From the NCBI GenBank assembly GCA_964291405.2, contig OZ219926.1, positions 3,104,001 to 3,168,000 on the forward strand: a stretch of DNA of 64,000 nucleotides, in the 5' to 3' direction. Positions 27,481 through 37,992 of the stretch are shown one piece after another (the stretch's first letter is position 1; each line of letters opens with the position of its first letter). Under the pieces are notes generated by a model. The model was not told where the DNA came from, ran no database searches, and saw only the letters and a list, made by a program, of their open reading frames with translations. The stretch comes from Thermodesulfobacteriota bacterium. Its GTDB lineage: Bacteria; Desulfobacterota; Binatia; Bin18. The position numbers and the translations under genes are program-made.

Positions 27481-29172
27481 ATGCCGGAATATGATCTGGT
27501 GATCAAAGATGGAATGATTATTGATGGGACGCGACTGCCGCGTTACCGAGGCGATATTGGTGTGAAAGACGGCAAGATCGCCAAGATCGGCCGCATTCAG
27601 GCACACGAAGGCACCAAGACGCTTGATGCCGAAGGGCATATGGTCGTGCCGGGCTTTATCGATTTACACACTCACTATGATGCGCAGTTGTTCTGGGATC
27701 CGTATCTGACGATTTCGGGCTGGCATGGCATTACTTCCGTGGTGATCGGCAACTGCGGCTTCGGCTTTGCCCCAGTGGCCCCCGAAGATCAGGAACGCGC
27801 CATGCTCACCATGACCCGGACCGAGGCGATTCCGTACGAGTCGATGAAGGCCGGGATGCCCTGGGACTGGGTCACCTTTCCGGAATTCCTGGACAGTGTG
27901 GAACGCACGCCCAAAGGCCTGAACATCCTACCGTATGTACCGATTGCGCCCTTGATGGTGTGGGTGATGGGGCGCGAAGAGGCGAAGTCGGGCCGGATGC
28001 CGACGGATGATGAACACAAGAAGATGGTGCAGTTACTGCACGAAGGCATGGCGGCGGGCGGCTGTGGCTGGTCGGCCCAACGTTTTGGGGAAGACAGCGT
28101 ACAGTGTGATTATGACGGCACGCCCATGCCGACGGATATCATGCACCAGGAAACCTGTGTCGAATTCGCGAAAGTCTTGGCCGAACGGAATGAGGGCTTC
28201 ATCCAGATGTCTCTTATCCCGAGCGTGTCCGGTTTTGAAGAAATCGAGCAGAAATACGAAGAGCTGGCTTTGGCCAGTGGCCGGCCGATTCTGTACAATG
28301 CCATTCAAGCTCTGGATTCCGACCCGAGCCGTCACCGGAATCTGTTAGCTTGGATCGAACGCTGTCGCCAAAAGGGCCTGCGCATCTACGGTCAGTTGGT
28401 CTCGACCAGCGCCGGTTTTACCTTCACCTTCCATGACTGGAATCTGTGGGATGATGATCCCGCTTGGCGGGAAGCGACTATGGGCACCGTAGAAGAGCGG
28501 AAGTCGAAGTTGGCGGACCCGACCCGACGCGCAAGTTTAAAGAACGACCCGACTGGTGCGGTCACGGCCTCGTTTGACGACGTCATCATTCTCGAGGTGA
28601 AGCGGGAAGACATGAAGCACCTGGAGAATCTGACCCTGCGTGAAGCGGGTGAGAAGGAAGGCAAGCATCCCGTGGATGCCATGCTCGACCTCGCGGTTGC
28701 CGACGATATGGCCACGACATTCTATTCGCCCGCGGTTGGCGAGAAGAACGAGTTTCTCAAAGAACTCGTCAACGACTCTACGCTGCTGGGGGTCTCGGAC
28801 GGTGGGGCTCATACCAAGTTCTTCTGCGGCGGACGCTATTCCACGGAGTCCATCACTCGCATGGTCCGCGAGATGAATATGATGAGCCTGGAAGAGGCGC
28901 ACTGGCGACTGAGCGCCCAACCGGCTGCCTGCGCAGGCTTTAAGGACCGTGGCGTCCTGCGCGAAGGCGCACCGGCCGATATCGTGGTCTACGACTACGA
29001 CAACCTGGAAATCTTGCCGACGGAGGTGGTGCACGACCTGCCGGGCAAGGAGTGGCGGCGAGTGCAAAAGGCCAAAGGCTACCGCGCGGTCCTGGTGAAC
29101 GGCGAGATGACGCTGGAGAATGACCAGAACACGGGTAATATTCCTGGCAAGCTGCTCCGGCACGGTGGCTAA
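27481..29172 (+). CDS. Amidohydrolase, N-acyl-D-amino-acid deacylase family (copy 2, tandem paralog)
   Basis: Same start (MPEYDLVIKDG) and RBS as copy 1; near-identical termini. Confidence 0.9.
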   Translation: MPEYDLVIKDGMIIDGTRLPRYRGDIGVKDGKIAKIGRIQAHEGTKTLDAEGHMVVPGFIDLHTHYDAQLFWDPYLTISGWHGITSVVIGNCGFGFAPVAPEDQERAMLTMTRTEAIPYESMKAGMPWDWVTFPEFLDSVERTPKGLNILPYVPIAPLMVWVMGREEAKSGRMPTDDEHKKMVQLLHEGMAAGGCGWSAQRFGEDSVQCDYDGTPMPTDIMHQETCVEFAKVLAERNEGFIQMSLIPSVSGFEEIEQKYEELALASGRPILYNAIQALDSDPSRHRNLLAWIERCRQKGLRIYGQLVSTSAGFTFTFHDWNLWDDDPAWREATMGTVEERKSKLADPTRRASLKNDPTGAVTASFDDVIILEVKREDMKHLENLTLREAGEKEGKHPVDAMLDLAVADDMATTFYSPAVGEKNEFLKELVNDSTLLGVSDGGAHTKFFCGGRYSTESITRMVREMNMMSLEEAHWRLSAQPAACAGFKDRGVLREGAPADIVVYDYDNLEILPTEVVHDLPGKEWRRVQKAKGYRAVLVNGEMTLENDQNTGNIPGKLLRHGG

Positions 29173-29224
29173 GAGTAGAAGACCAGCCTAGGGCTATAGT
29201 CCTAGGATGAGAGCTGACAGAGAG

Positions 29225-29257
29225 AGAAGGGCGCCAGTAATGGCGCCCTTCTTTTTT
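29225..29257 (+). terminator. Rho-independent terminator (duplicate of 27288-27321)
   Basis: agaagggcgcc-agtaat-ggcgcccttc-tttttt. Confidence 0.78.
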
Positions 29258-29355
29258 GGAGACGGTAGGAGGTGCTGGAGACATATAGACCCTCTACTGT
29301 GCCCTTTGCATCTCTTTGCTGTATACCTGTGGACGTTGGGTGAGGAGGGAGGCAG

Positions 29356-31071
29356 ATGGCTGAACCTCAAGGCGCCTTAACGCGTGAGCTCAGACGTATC
29401 GACGGACGTCCCTATGGATTTTACAAAGACCTGCGCGGGCAAGCATACGCCCTCGGCCCGTATGGATTGAGGTTTGACCATATCCAGGGCGATCCCTTTG
29501 CGTCGCCGAGTCGCGTGAGGATCGATATTCCGACCAGCCGGGCCACACTGCCCGCTTGGTCATACGCCGGAGCTACGGCGCGACGGGCGAGTGCCGACTT
29601 TGTACATCGGGCTCTTTTTCGCTCGCTGTCCGCCGGCTGGGGCAAACTTGGCTCTGGCAAAAGCGGCCTGCTCGAAATCATGGCAGTGGGTCAACAGGTG
29701 CTGGAGCGAACCGCCGTTCTGGTCCGTCCCAACGGCGGCCTTCGAGTCCGGCTGAGTGTAGGCTTGCCCGCCGCGGGGCGACGCATTCTAGGGCGTGAAG
29801 CGGCTCAACTGCTCACCCAACGACTGCCCGAAGCCCTCAGCCGCGTCTTTGATGAATTAGACCTCAATACCTTACAACGCCATGTTTATTGCATCGAAGA
29901 CCAGGTAGCACTGCGCAAACAACTGCACGACCATGGCTTGGTCGCTTTCCTAGCCGAGGACAGTATTTTGCCCCGCCGGAGTGGGGCGGATGACCGACCC
30001 ATGGATGCGGCTATTCCGCTCGACGTACCCCACGCGCTCGCGTCTGAACTCCACGCTCCGCATGCAGGTCTGCTGCGCGGTCTCGGCCTCCGGGCTGGTG
30101 TGACGCTGATTGCCGGGGGTGGCTATCATGGCAAATCAACCTTGCTCTCGGCGCTGGCCAACGGTGTGTATGATCATATTCCGGGTGATGGCCGAGACCG
30201 ATGTGTTTCCGTTGCGAGTGCGGTGAGCATTCGGGCGGAAGATGGACGTTCGGTGCAAGGAGTCGATCTGCGGCCGTTTATCAACACGCTGCCCCTAGGT
30301 CGTCGAACGGACTGGTTCGAGACCGCAGATGCCTCGGGCAGCACCTCTCAGGCCGCGGCCATTGTTGAGGCGCTGGAAGCTGGAGCAACCGCGCTGCTGA
30401 TCGACGAAGACACCGCGGCGACAAACTTTATGATCCGTGACGCGCGCATGCGTCGTCTGGTGCCCGGTGAAAAAGAACCGATCACGCCCTATCTCGATCG
30501 AGTCCGTCAGCTGTGGGAAGAAAAACACATCTCGTCGATCCTCGTTGTTGGGGGAGCCGGTGACTATCTGGATGTGGCTGAAACGGTTATCCAGATGGAC
30601 GAATACCGACCGCAGGATGTAACGCAGCGCGCGCGAGAAGTTGCACATGAGTTGCCACAAAAAACCTCTGGCCCCCAAGCCCCAGGACCCTGGCTCGCAT
30701 CACGCCCGCGCCGGCCCGATCCGCGCAGCTTCGATCCCAGTCGAGGACGTAAACAGGAACGCGTCCGAAGCGTCAAAACTCGTGCGATTGAGTTTGGCAG
30801 TGAGGAGATTGATGTCTCCCTTCTGTACCAACTTGTCGATGCCGCCCAGTGCCGTATGATCGGCGATGTGTTACTGCAATGCGCCCGCGGGCTGTGTGAC
30901 GGGAAAAAGACCATTCCTGAGCTACTTGACCGCATTGATGCCGAGATAGAGAAAGACGGTCTGGACGCCGTTACCGACCGCGATTTTGGTGACCGTGCCC
31001 GCGCGCGGCGGTTCGAAATTGCAGCAGCGCTCAATCGGTTGCGGAGTCTGCGGTTGGCGGGCGGAGTATAA
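29356..31071 (+). CDS. Predicted ATPase of the ABC class (COG3044-like, soluble)
   Basis: IQGDPFASPSR, GGGYHGKSTLL, RAEDGR, ASGSTSQAA, LLIDEDTAATNFMIRD, KEPITP, AALNRLRSL. Confidence 0.85.
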   Translation: MAEPQGALTRELRRIDGRPYGFYKDLRGQAYALGPYGLRFDHIQGDPFASPSRVRIDIPTSRATLPAWSYAGATARRASADFVHRALFRSLSAGWGKLGSGKSGLLEIMAVGQQVLERTAVLVRPNGGLRVRLSVGLPAAGRRILGREAAQLLTQRLPEALSRVFDELDLNTLQRHVYCIEDQVALRKQLHDHGLVAFLAEDSILPRRSGADDRPMDAAIPLDVPHALASELHAPHAGLLRGLGLRAGVTLIAGGGYHGKSTLLSALANGVYDHIPGDGRDRCVSVASAVSIRAEDGRSVQGVDLRPFINTLPLGRRTDWFETADASGSTSQAAAIVEALEAGATALLIDEDTAATNFMIRDARMRRLVPGEKEPITPYLDRVRQLWEEKHISSILVVGGAGDYLDVAETVIQMDEYRPQDVTQRAREVAHELPQKTSGPQAPGPWLASRPRRPDPRSFDPSRGRKQERVRSVKTRAIEFGSEEIDVSLLYQLVDAAQCRMIGDVLLQCARGLCDGKKTIPELLDRIDAEIEKDGLDAVTDRDFGDRARARRFEIAAALNRLRSLRLAGGV

Positions 31072-31104
31072 TAACCACCAAACTCCCGCTACACTCTTGC
31101 CCGC

Positions 31105-32589
31105 ATGCCTGCTTCAGCTCCACCACAATCCACTCGCGTCCGGTTTGCCACCAAGGTTTTTTATGGTGTCGGGTCAGTTTCCGAAGGTACGAAAAATACG
31201 GTCTTCAACGTTTTTCTCCTCTTCTATTACAACCAAGTTCTGGGGCTCTCTGGAACACTAAGCGGCATCGCGATCTTTATTGCGCTCTGTATCGATGCGA
31301 TTACCGACCCCTTGGTGGGCTCGATTTCTGACAATTTTCATTCACGCTGGGGGCGGCGCCATCCGTTTATGTATCTGGCTGCGCTGCCTATGGCGGTGTG
31401 TTTCTTCTTCTTGTTTAGACCTCCTGAACTAGGCCAGATCGGACTTTTCGTGTGGTTATGTACCTTTGCGGTCGGGGTGCGCGTCGCCATGACGTTCTAC
31501 GCGGTCCCGAGCGGAGCCATGCTCCCGGAGCTCTCGCCCGACTATGATGAGCGGACTTCTCTGGTGAGCTATCGCCTGTTGTTTGGCTGGTTCGGCGGTC
31601 TGACCGCGTCTGTTATGGGCTATTTTTATTTCTTTGCTTCCTCCGAGGCGTTTGCCGATGGCCGCTTGAATCCTGGAGCGTATGAAGGATTTGCGCTGGT
31701 CTGTGCCGGGATGATGATCGCGACGATTCTGGCCTGCGCGCTTGGCACGCATGGGCTTATTCCGAGTCTGAAGGTGCCACCGGCAAAACGAAAATTCACG
31801 CTGGGTCGCTTTGCCGGCGAGCTATGGGCGGCGTTCTCCAATCGGTCCTATCGGATGCTGGTCATCGGTTCCTTGTTTGCCGCTGGGGGGCGGGGGTTTA
31901 ATGACGTGATGTGGCTGTATATGAACACCTATTTCTGGGGATTCTCAACCAAGGAAATCGGTCTCCTGACCTTCGGCCTGTTTCTCTCCGCCCTTATTGC
32001 CTTTTGCCTGACTCGTCCTCTGACTGAACGCTTTGATAAAAGACAGGTTGTTCTCGGTTTAGCGGCTTTTGCCATCTTTTTTGGGCCCCTCCTGATTTTT
32101 TTACGGTTGCTTGGCCTGATGCCCGAAAACGGGCATCCGAACCTGCTGCCCATTATCGCCGGCCATGTCATCCTCCTGGTCACTGCGGTAGTCGCTATCG
32201 ATATCCTGATCCCTTCCATGATCGCCGATACTGTGGACGAAAATGAGATTGCGACCGGAAAACGCCAAGAGGGAATATTTTTCTCGACTATTACATTTTG
32301 TGCAAAGGCGGCGTCCGGCATCGGCGGATTTCTGGCAGGTGTGGCTCTCGACCTCATCCAGTTTCCGACCATGGCAGAACCCGAAACGGTTGCGGACGCT
32401 CAGGTTTTCACTTTGGGTCTTGCCGTTGGCCCGGGGTTAATGGTGCTTTTTCTGTGTGCGCTGGTCTTTTTATCCCGGTATCAAATGACGCGTACCCGTC
32501 ATCTTGAGATCCTGGCTGAGCTCGACCGTCGCCAGAACGATACCGCCCGGCGCGAACCAGGCGTCGCTTCTGCTTCTGCCGGCTGTTAA
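31105..32589 (+). CDS. MFS transporter, GPH (Na+/melibiose) family
   Basis: DAITDPLVGSISD, WGRRHPF, ELSPDYDERT, SMIADTVD, GKRQEGIFFS. Confidence 0.88.
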   Translation: MPASAPPQSTRVRFATKVFYGVGSVSEGTKNTVFNVFLLFYYNQVLGLSGTLSGIAIFIALCIDAITDPLVGSISDNFHSRWGRRHPFMYLAALPMAVCFFFLFRPPELGQIGLFVWLCTFAVGVRVAMTFYAVPSGAMLPELSPDYDERTSLVSYRLLFGWFGGLTASVMGYFYFFASSEAFADGRLNPGAYEGFALVCAGMMIATILACALGTHGLIPSLKVPPAKRKFTLGRFAGELWAAFSNRSYRMLVIGSLFAAGGRGFNDVMWLYMNTYFWGFSTKEIGLLTFGLFLSALIAFCLTRPLTERFDKRQVVLGLAAFAIFFGPLLIFLRLLGLMPENGHPNLLPIIAGHVILLVTAVVAIDILIPSMIADTVDENEIATGKRQEGIFFSTITFCAKAASGIGGFLAGVALDLIQFPTMAEPETVADAQVFTLGLAVGPGLMVLFLCALVFLSRYQMTRTRHLEILAELDRRQNDTARREPGVASASAGC

Positions 32590-32749
32590 GGTAGACAGAC
32601 CCACGGCCGTGCCCGCCTCCGTTTTCTTTCCTTTTCTCTTGCATTTCTCTCTCAAAGAAGCCACAAGGAGAAAAAACGCCTCCCGCCTCTATGATGAGAG
32701 GGGGAGGCGAGGGGATACACTAACGGACACTCGCGGAAGGAGGGCTGTC

Positions 32750-33859
32750 ATGAAAGTTGGCATGTCGGTTTTTATGCAGAATACAGGCGAGCGGTGGTCT
32801 GACTACGAAGTCTATAAGAATGATCTTCGTCTGGCGGACCAGGCTGAAGACCTGGGCTTTGACTCATTATGGAGCGTTGAGCACCATTTTACGCCCTATA
32901 CCATGGTCCCCAATGTCACCCAGTTCCTGACGTATATGGCCGGTCGAACGCAGAAGATTGAACTGGGAACCATGGTGATTGTCTTACCCTGGCACGATCC
33001 TGTGCGCGTTGCAGAAGAAATTGCCATGCTCGACCTCTTGTCCGATGGCCGCATCACCATCGGCTTTGGCCGCGGGGCGGCAACGGTGGAGTATGATGGC
33101 TTCCGCATTCCCATGGAAGAATCTCGTGATCGTTTTGTTGAAGCCGCCGAGGTTGTCGTCAAGGCGCTGTCTCAGGAGCAGTTTTCGCACCAGGGCAAGT
33201 TTTTTCAAATTCCTGAGACGAGCATCCGACCGCGACCCTTTTCCCACCCGGAACAGCGCCTCTATGGCGCGGCCGTCAGCCCGGATACGGCCGAGCGGAT
33301 GGCCAAGCTAGGATTAGGCGTCTTGGTTGCCGTGCCGCTGCACGGCTGGGATGCGGTTGCGAAAGACGTCCAGCGGCATGACGAGATCATTCGGGCCGCG
33401 GGCAAGGAGCCTGTCCCGCCCATTGTGGCCAGTTTTGTCCATGTTGGGGAGACCGAGAAGGAAGCACGCGAAGGGGCAATGCAGTATATGGGTGGCTATT
33501 GGGGCTCGGCCGACGCCCACTACCATTTCTCAGACGGACACCTCAAGCAGGTCAAGGGCTATGAGCACTATGGGGTGATTGCCGATAATGCGAAGACGAC
33601 AACCCCGGAACAAGGAGTGCAGGATTTTGTCAATCTCCAAGTAGCCGGAACCCCGGAGCAGTGCATCGCTCAAATTCATGCCATGCAAGAAAAAGTCGGC
33701 TTCGACCATTTGATTGCGGTCTTCAGCTATGGGGGGATGCCTCCTGAGCAGACCGAGCGGAATATGCGGCTGTTCGCATCTGAAGTCCTGCCCAGGCTCC
33801 AAAGCCAAGGGGCCCCTGTCACGATCGGTGCGAACGTGTCCCACATCCCGGCCAAGTAG
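32750..33859 (+). CDS. LLM class flavin-dependent oxidoreductase (paralog of 15117-16223)
   Basis: LGFDSLWSVEHHF, VLPWHDPVRVAEEIAMLD; RBS aggagg. Confidence 0.9.
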   Translation: MKVGMSVFMQNTGERWSDYEVYKNDLRLADQAEDLGFDSLWSVEHHFTPYTMVPNVTQFLTYMAGRTQKIELGTMVIVLPWHDPVRVAEEIAMLDLLSDGRITIGFGRGAATVEYDGFRIPMEESRDRFVEAAEVVVKALSQEQFSHQGKFFQIPETSIRPRPFSHPEQRLYGAAVSPDTAERMAKLGLGVLVAVPLHGWDAVAKDVQRHDEIIRAAGKEPVPPIVASFVHVGETEKEAREGAMQYMGGYWGSADAHYHFSDGHLKQVKGYEHYGVIADNAKTTTPEQGVQDFVNLQVAGTPEQCIAQIHAMQEKVGFDHLIAVFSYGGMPPEQTERNMRLFASEVLPRLQSQGAPVTIGANVSHIPAK

Positions 33860-33881
33860 CAACGTTGCATCCGGTATTATA

Positions 33882-33915
33882 AAAGGGAGCCTCAGTGCAG
33901 GCTCCCTTTATTTTT
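33882..33915 (+). terminator. Rho-independent terminator
   Basis: aaagggagcct-cagtgc-aggctcccttt-attttt. Confidence 0.7.
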
Positions 33916-33933
33916 GTGCGTAAAGGAGGCGTT

Positions 33934-35310
33934 GTGAGATTCGCCAAGGATATTCTGTGTATCGGGGCGGGCTATGTTGGCGGGCCAACCATGGCCATGA
34001 TTGCTGCTCGCTGCCCCCAGTACAAGGTGACCGTTGTGGACATCAACCACGCCCGTATTGCGGCCTGGCGGAGTGACCACCTGCCGATCTATGAGCCCGG
34101 TCTCGACGCGGTGGTGAGGCAGGCGCGAGGCCGCAACCTTTTTTTTTCAACTCAGGTCGAGCAGGGCATTCGTGACGCAGATATTATCTTTGTCTCGGTC
34201 AATACCCCTACGAAAACCTTTGGTCAGGGGGCAGGGAGAGCGGCGGATTTACAATACTGGGAAAAAACCGCGCGCCAGATTCTTGAGCACGCCGATCGCA
34301 ACAAGATTGTGGTGGAAAAATCGACGCTGCCGGTCCGGACTGCTGAGGCGATGGAGCGCATCCTCAACGCCAATACGAAGAACATCCGTTTTGAGGTACT
34401 CTCCAACCCGGAATTTCTGGCCGAGGGCAGCGCCATCACCGACCTGGAAGCGCCAGACCGTGTCCTGATTGGGTCGAAAGAAACGCCCGAGGGAATCACA
34501 GCCAGGAAGGTCATTGTCGATATTTACGCCAACTGGGTGCCGAGAGAGAATATTATTGAGTCGAACGTCTGGAGTTCCGAGCTATCGAAGCTGGCGGCGA
34601 ACGCCTTTTTGGCCCAGCGTATCTCTTCCATCAATACGATTTCTGCCCTGTGTGAAAAAACAGAGGCTGACGTGGATGAAGTCGCCTACGCCATTGGAAA
34701 AGATTCGCGGATCGGGCCAAAGTTCTTGAAGGCGAGCGTCGGCTTTGGTGGATCGTGTTTTAAAAAGGACATTCTCAACCTCGTCTACATCTGTCACAGC
34801 TACGGTCTCAGCGAAGTGGCCGAGTATTGGGAGTCGGTCGTCAAAATTAACGAATGGCAGGAGAGCCGCTTTGTGCGGACCATCCTCGAAAGCATGTTCA
34901 ACACGGTGGCTGGCAAACGCATCGCCCTGCTGGGTTTTGCCTTTAAGGCCAACACCGGAGACACGCGTGAATCTCCGGCCATTTATATTGCGCGTGGCCT
35001 TGCCGAAGAACGGGCCGAGGTCGTGGTGACCGACCCGCAGGCGCTCGCCAATGCGCAAGATGATCTGGTGGATATGGGAGACCGAGTGCGCTTCGAATCC
35101 GACCCCTATACCGCCGCGGAGGGAGCGCACGCCCTGGCGATTCTGACCGAGTGGGATATGTATCGCCAGCTCGATTACGCCCGCATTCTTGCGTCTATGG
35201 AGCAACCGGCCTTCCTCTTCGACGGACGCAACATCCTGGACCATCAACGGCTGTTTGAGCTGGGTTTCAACGTCTTCCCGATTGGAAAGTCCGCGCTCAA
35301 GCATTTCTGA
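33934..35310 (+). CDS. ugd: UDP-glucose 6-dehydrogenase
   Basis: [60 protein letters not shown]. Confidence 0.93.
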   Translation: MRFAKDILCIGAGYVGGPTMAMIAARCPQYKVTVVDINHARIAAWRSDHLPIYEPGLDAVVRQARGRNLFFSTQVEQGIRDADIIFVSVNTPTKTFGQGAGRAADLQYWEKTARQILEHADRNKIVVEKSTLPVRTAEAMERILNANTKNIRFEVLSNPEFLAEGSAITDLEAPDRVLIGSKETPEGITARKVIVDIYANWVPRENIIESNVWSSELSKLAANAFLAQRISSINTISALCEKTEADVDEVAYAIGKDSRIGPKFLKASVGFGGSCFKKDILNLVYICHSYGLSEVAEYWESVVKINEWQESRFVRTILESMFNTVAGKRIALLGFAFKANTGDTRESPAIYIARGLAEERAEVVVTDPQALANAQDDLVDMGDRVRFESDPYTAAEGAHALAILTEWDMYRQLDYARILASMEQPAFLFDGRNILDHQRLFELGFNVFPIGKSALKHF

Positions 35311-35367
35311 TGGTCCGGCCGACCCCTGGGCTGGACCGGGAATTCTTACGGGCTATTCCTCGGCGCC

Positions 35368-36036
35368 CTAGACCGACCATGTTTCGGTCCGATACGCCTG
35401 CTCCCAGAAGAGATATTCATACCGACTGCTCTGGATGAAATGCGCCTCCCACTGTTTCCGCTCATCCGTAGAACTGTCCTGGGCCAGACGGTCGATAAGT
35501 GCCAACTGTTGCTGGACGTGGGCGCCGAACCCTTCGCCGCTGTAGGCTTGAGTCCACTCTGCGTAGAGCGGGTCGGTGGGAGGTGGGGCGTTGAGCTTCT
35601 TCCCGACCTCCCAATAGATCCAGTAGCACGGCAGGACGGCGGCAACGATTTCCGCCAGGCTGCCACCATGCGCAACCGCCAGAAGATGCCGGGTGTAGGC
35701 CTGCGTGATGGGCGCACGCTCGGTGCGGGCTAGGTCTTGAGGGGTGAGGCCGAGCTTGTCGCTCCAGTTGGTGTGCAGATGGCGTTCCACCTGGACCACG
35801 GTGGCTGCATGGTCGGCGAACATCTGGAGGGTGTCCAGCGTGTCCGCCTTGGCGCCGCCCAGGCACAAGGCGCGGGCGAAGTCCTGTAAATACAGATAGT
35901 CCTGCTGAACGAAAAAAAGAAAGCGCTCACGGCTGAGCGTGCCGGCTCCGAGTTCTCGGACGAACGGGTGAGAAAAAATCGCATCCCAGATGGGTTGCGC
36001 TGCCGTGCGTAATGTGTGATGAAAAGGCTGCGACAC
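35368..36036 (-). CDS. tenA: Thiaminase II
   Basis: HPFVRELGAGTL, QDYLYL, LPCYWIY, YEYLFW. Confidence 0.9.
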   Translation of the reverse strand: MSQPFHHTLRTAAQPIWDAIFSHPFVRELGAGTLSRERFLFFVQQDYLYLQDFARALCLGGAKADTLDTLQMFADHAATVVQVERHLHTNWSDKLGLTPQDLARTERAPITQAYTRHLLAVAHGGSLAEIVAAVLPCYWIYWEVGKKLNAPPPTDPLYAEWTQAYSGEGFGAHVQQQLALIDRLAQDSSTDERKQWEAHFIQSSRYEYLFWEQAYRTETWSV

Positions 36037-36065
36037 GAAGCACTCTTCCTTTCTCGTGCGGTAAA

Positions 36066-37127
36066 CTAGGCCGGGAACTGTTTTAACACCGGTAAGACTT
36101 CGGTGTTAAAAAGTTCGTCGTGCAGCGTCAGATGAAAACACTCGGCTCCAAGCTGCTGGAACTCTTGCATTCGCCGCAAAATAGTATCCGGACTGCCGAT
36201 TAAGCCGCTGGCGTAGCCTTCGTTGGAATCGAGCATGGCGAGCTTATTCTCTCGGTCTGCCCACATGCCTTGCGCGCCACTCACCCGTCTTCCTCGGCGT
36301 TTCAGTAAGGTATCGTCGACCGCATTTATCATCGCCGTGATTTCTGCCTGCGCTTCCGCATCCGTGCGCCGACACAGGGGGATGGAGTAGAGGGCAAAGC
36401 GGAGCTGGCGGCCGGTTTTTGTGGTTCGTTTACGAGCAGCTTCAATGATGCCAGCTATTTTTTCCGGGGAGCCGCCGTTTAAGAACATCCAGTCCGAGTG
36501 ACGGGCGGCCATATTCATTGCCGCCTCGGATTGTCCGCCCTGAAACACCTCAAGCGGGCCGATGGGGCGCGGTTCAAGCCGCAGTCCATCGACCTGATAA
36601 AAGCGCCCGGCGAACGAAAACTCTTCGTGCGTCCAGGCGCCGCGCAGGATTTGGATGAACTCGCTCGTTCGCGCGTAGCGCTCATCGTGCTCGATGAGCT
36701 CGGCGCCGTACATTCCAAACTCGGCTTCATGCCAACCCGAGGTCACATTGATTGACCAGCGACCGTTAGTGAGACGGTTCAGCGTGGCGCTCCATTTGGC
36801 AATGGGGGCTGGCAAAAAAAATCCTGGATGAATAGCGGTAATCAGGTGGATATGGTCAGTATGTGCCGCATAGAAATCCGTCATCGCCAGACAGTCGTAT
36901 GAAGAGCCCTCAATCTCCGCTCCCGTTCCCCACCAGCGCTGGGCAACGAGTAGATAGTCGATGCCCAAGGCCTCAGCCTTCTGCACCGGGGAGAGCAAGC
37001 TCTGCACCAGCGCGGGACCAGACCGGCCAGCGCCCGTTCTCCCGGGCCTCTTTCCTGTGGCTTGCCGTGTCAGATTTGGAGCGGCCAGGGCGGTTGGGGC
37101 CCAGGTGCATGTTTTGATGGTGGCCAT
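36066..37127 (-). CDS. LLM monooxygenase, SsuD/SfnG-like
   Basis: AEALGIDYLLVAQRW, LITAIHPG, GRWSINVTSGW, VFQGGQS, HSDWMFLNG. Confidence 0.8.
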   Translation of the reverse strand: MATIKTCTWAPTALAAPNLTRQATGKRPGRTGAGRSGPALVQSLLSPVQKAEALGIDYLLVAQRWWGTGAEIEGSSYDCLAMTDFYAAHTDHIHLITAIHPGFFLPAPIAKWSATLNRLTNGRWSINVTSGWHEAEFGMYGAELIEHDERYARTSEFIQILRGAWTHEEFSFAGRFYQVDGLRLEPRPIGPLEVFQGGQSEAAMNMAARHSDWMFLNGGSPEKIAGIIEAARKRTTKTGRQLRFALYSIPLCRRTDAEAQAEITAMINAVDDTLLKRRGRRVSGAQGMWADRENKLAMLDSNEGYASGLIGSPDTILRRMQEFQQLGAECFHLTLHDELFNTEVLPVLKQFPA

Positions 37128-37171
37128 AATTGATGGGATGTCAGAGCGGGGTGAGGGTCTGTCTGAAGGCC

Positions 37172-37828
37172 TTACATGAATCGCAGCTCGGCATCGAGTA
37201 CGCCATCCTCATACTGGGCGACGATGTACCCGCCCGCTGCAAAAGGACCGGCGTTCAGTATTTTTGTGCGGCCGATCCTATCAACTCCCGGGGACTCATG
37301 GATATGGCCGGTGATACACAAATGGGGCTGTTTCTCCGCGATGAATTGGCGGACGGCGGGGCTGCCAACCGGTCTTCCATCGACGAGTCGATCGAGCTGC
37401 GTCGCATAGGGAGGTGTATGACAGACCATAATCTGACACGGAGTCGGTGGAACATCGGCAGCCGCTTGTTGCAGGATCTGCCACAGTATTTCATCCGTAT
37501 ATTCTAGCGGCGTCTGAAATGGGGTCAGATTTGATCCTCCACACCCATAGATGGTCACCTCACCATAGCACTGATGTTCCCCGTGCAAGCTGACCTGTTC
37601 GGTCTGAAGAAAGGCGATCGTCTCCGGTTGGTCCAAATTCCCCGGTAGAGCCCGGACTGTTGGACAGTATATTTGGGCGGCCCGAATGACCTGCCGGACG
37701 GCGCGTGGCCCCCCAAAGTTTGTCAGATCACCCGAGAGAAGGACTACATCGGCGCTCGTCAACTCCGCGCTGATGGTTTCCATGTGCGCGGTAGCCATAT
37801 GTATATCGCCAAACGACACGATTTTCAC
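37172..37828 (-). CDS. Metallophosphoesterase (calcineurin-like)
   Basis: GDIH, GDLT, PGNLD, HTPP, GHIHE, NAG. Confidence 0.9.
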   Translation of the reverse strand: MKIVSFGDIHMATAHMETISAELTSADVVLLSGDLTNFGGPRAVRQVIRAAQIYCPTVRALPGNLDQPETIAFLQTEQVSLHGEHQCYGEVTIYGCGGSNLTPFQTPLEYTDEILWQILQQAAADVPPTPCQIMVCHTPPYATQLDRLVDGRPVGSPAVRQFIAEKQPHLCITGHIHESPGVDRIGRTKILNAGPFAAGGYIVAQYEDGVLDAELRFM

Positions 37829-37992
37829 GGCGGTTGCCCTGGGGAAAGTAGAGAGAAAGCGGTACTTTTGGACTTGTAATGGATTCCCGAGTGAGGGTCA
37901 ACGGACCGACAAGGGGTCTGCCCTTCCACCGGTCTTGCAAAAGCCATCGGAATCAGGAAATACTACTAGGTCTTCTGGAATATGGTGCATGC

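Noticed and set aside
33934-35310. Eukaryote-like UDP-glucose dehydrogenase as evidence of host gene transfer
   Set aside because: This subtype is known in many bacteria, and composition matches the neighbouring genes.
36037-37171. TPP riboswitch for tenA
   Set aside because: The gaps upstream of tenA and of the LLM gene are under 50 nt and lack the TPP consensus.
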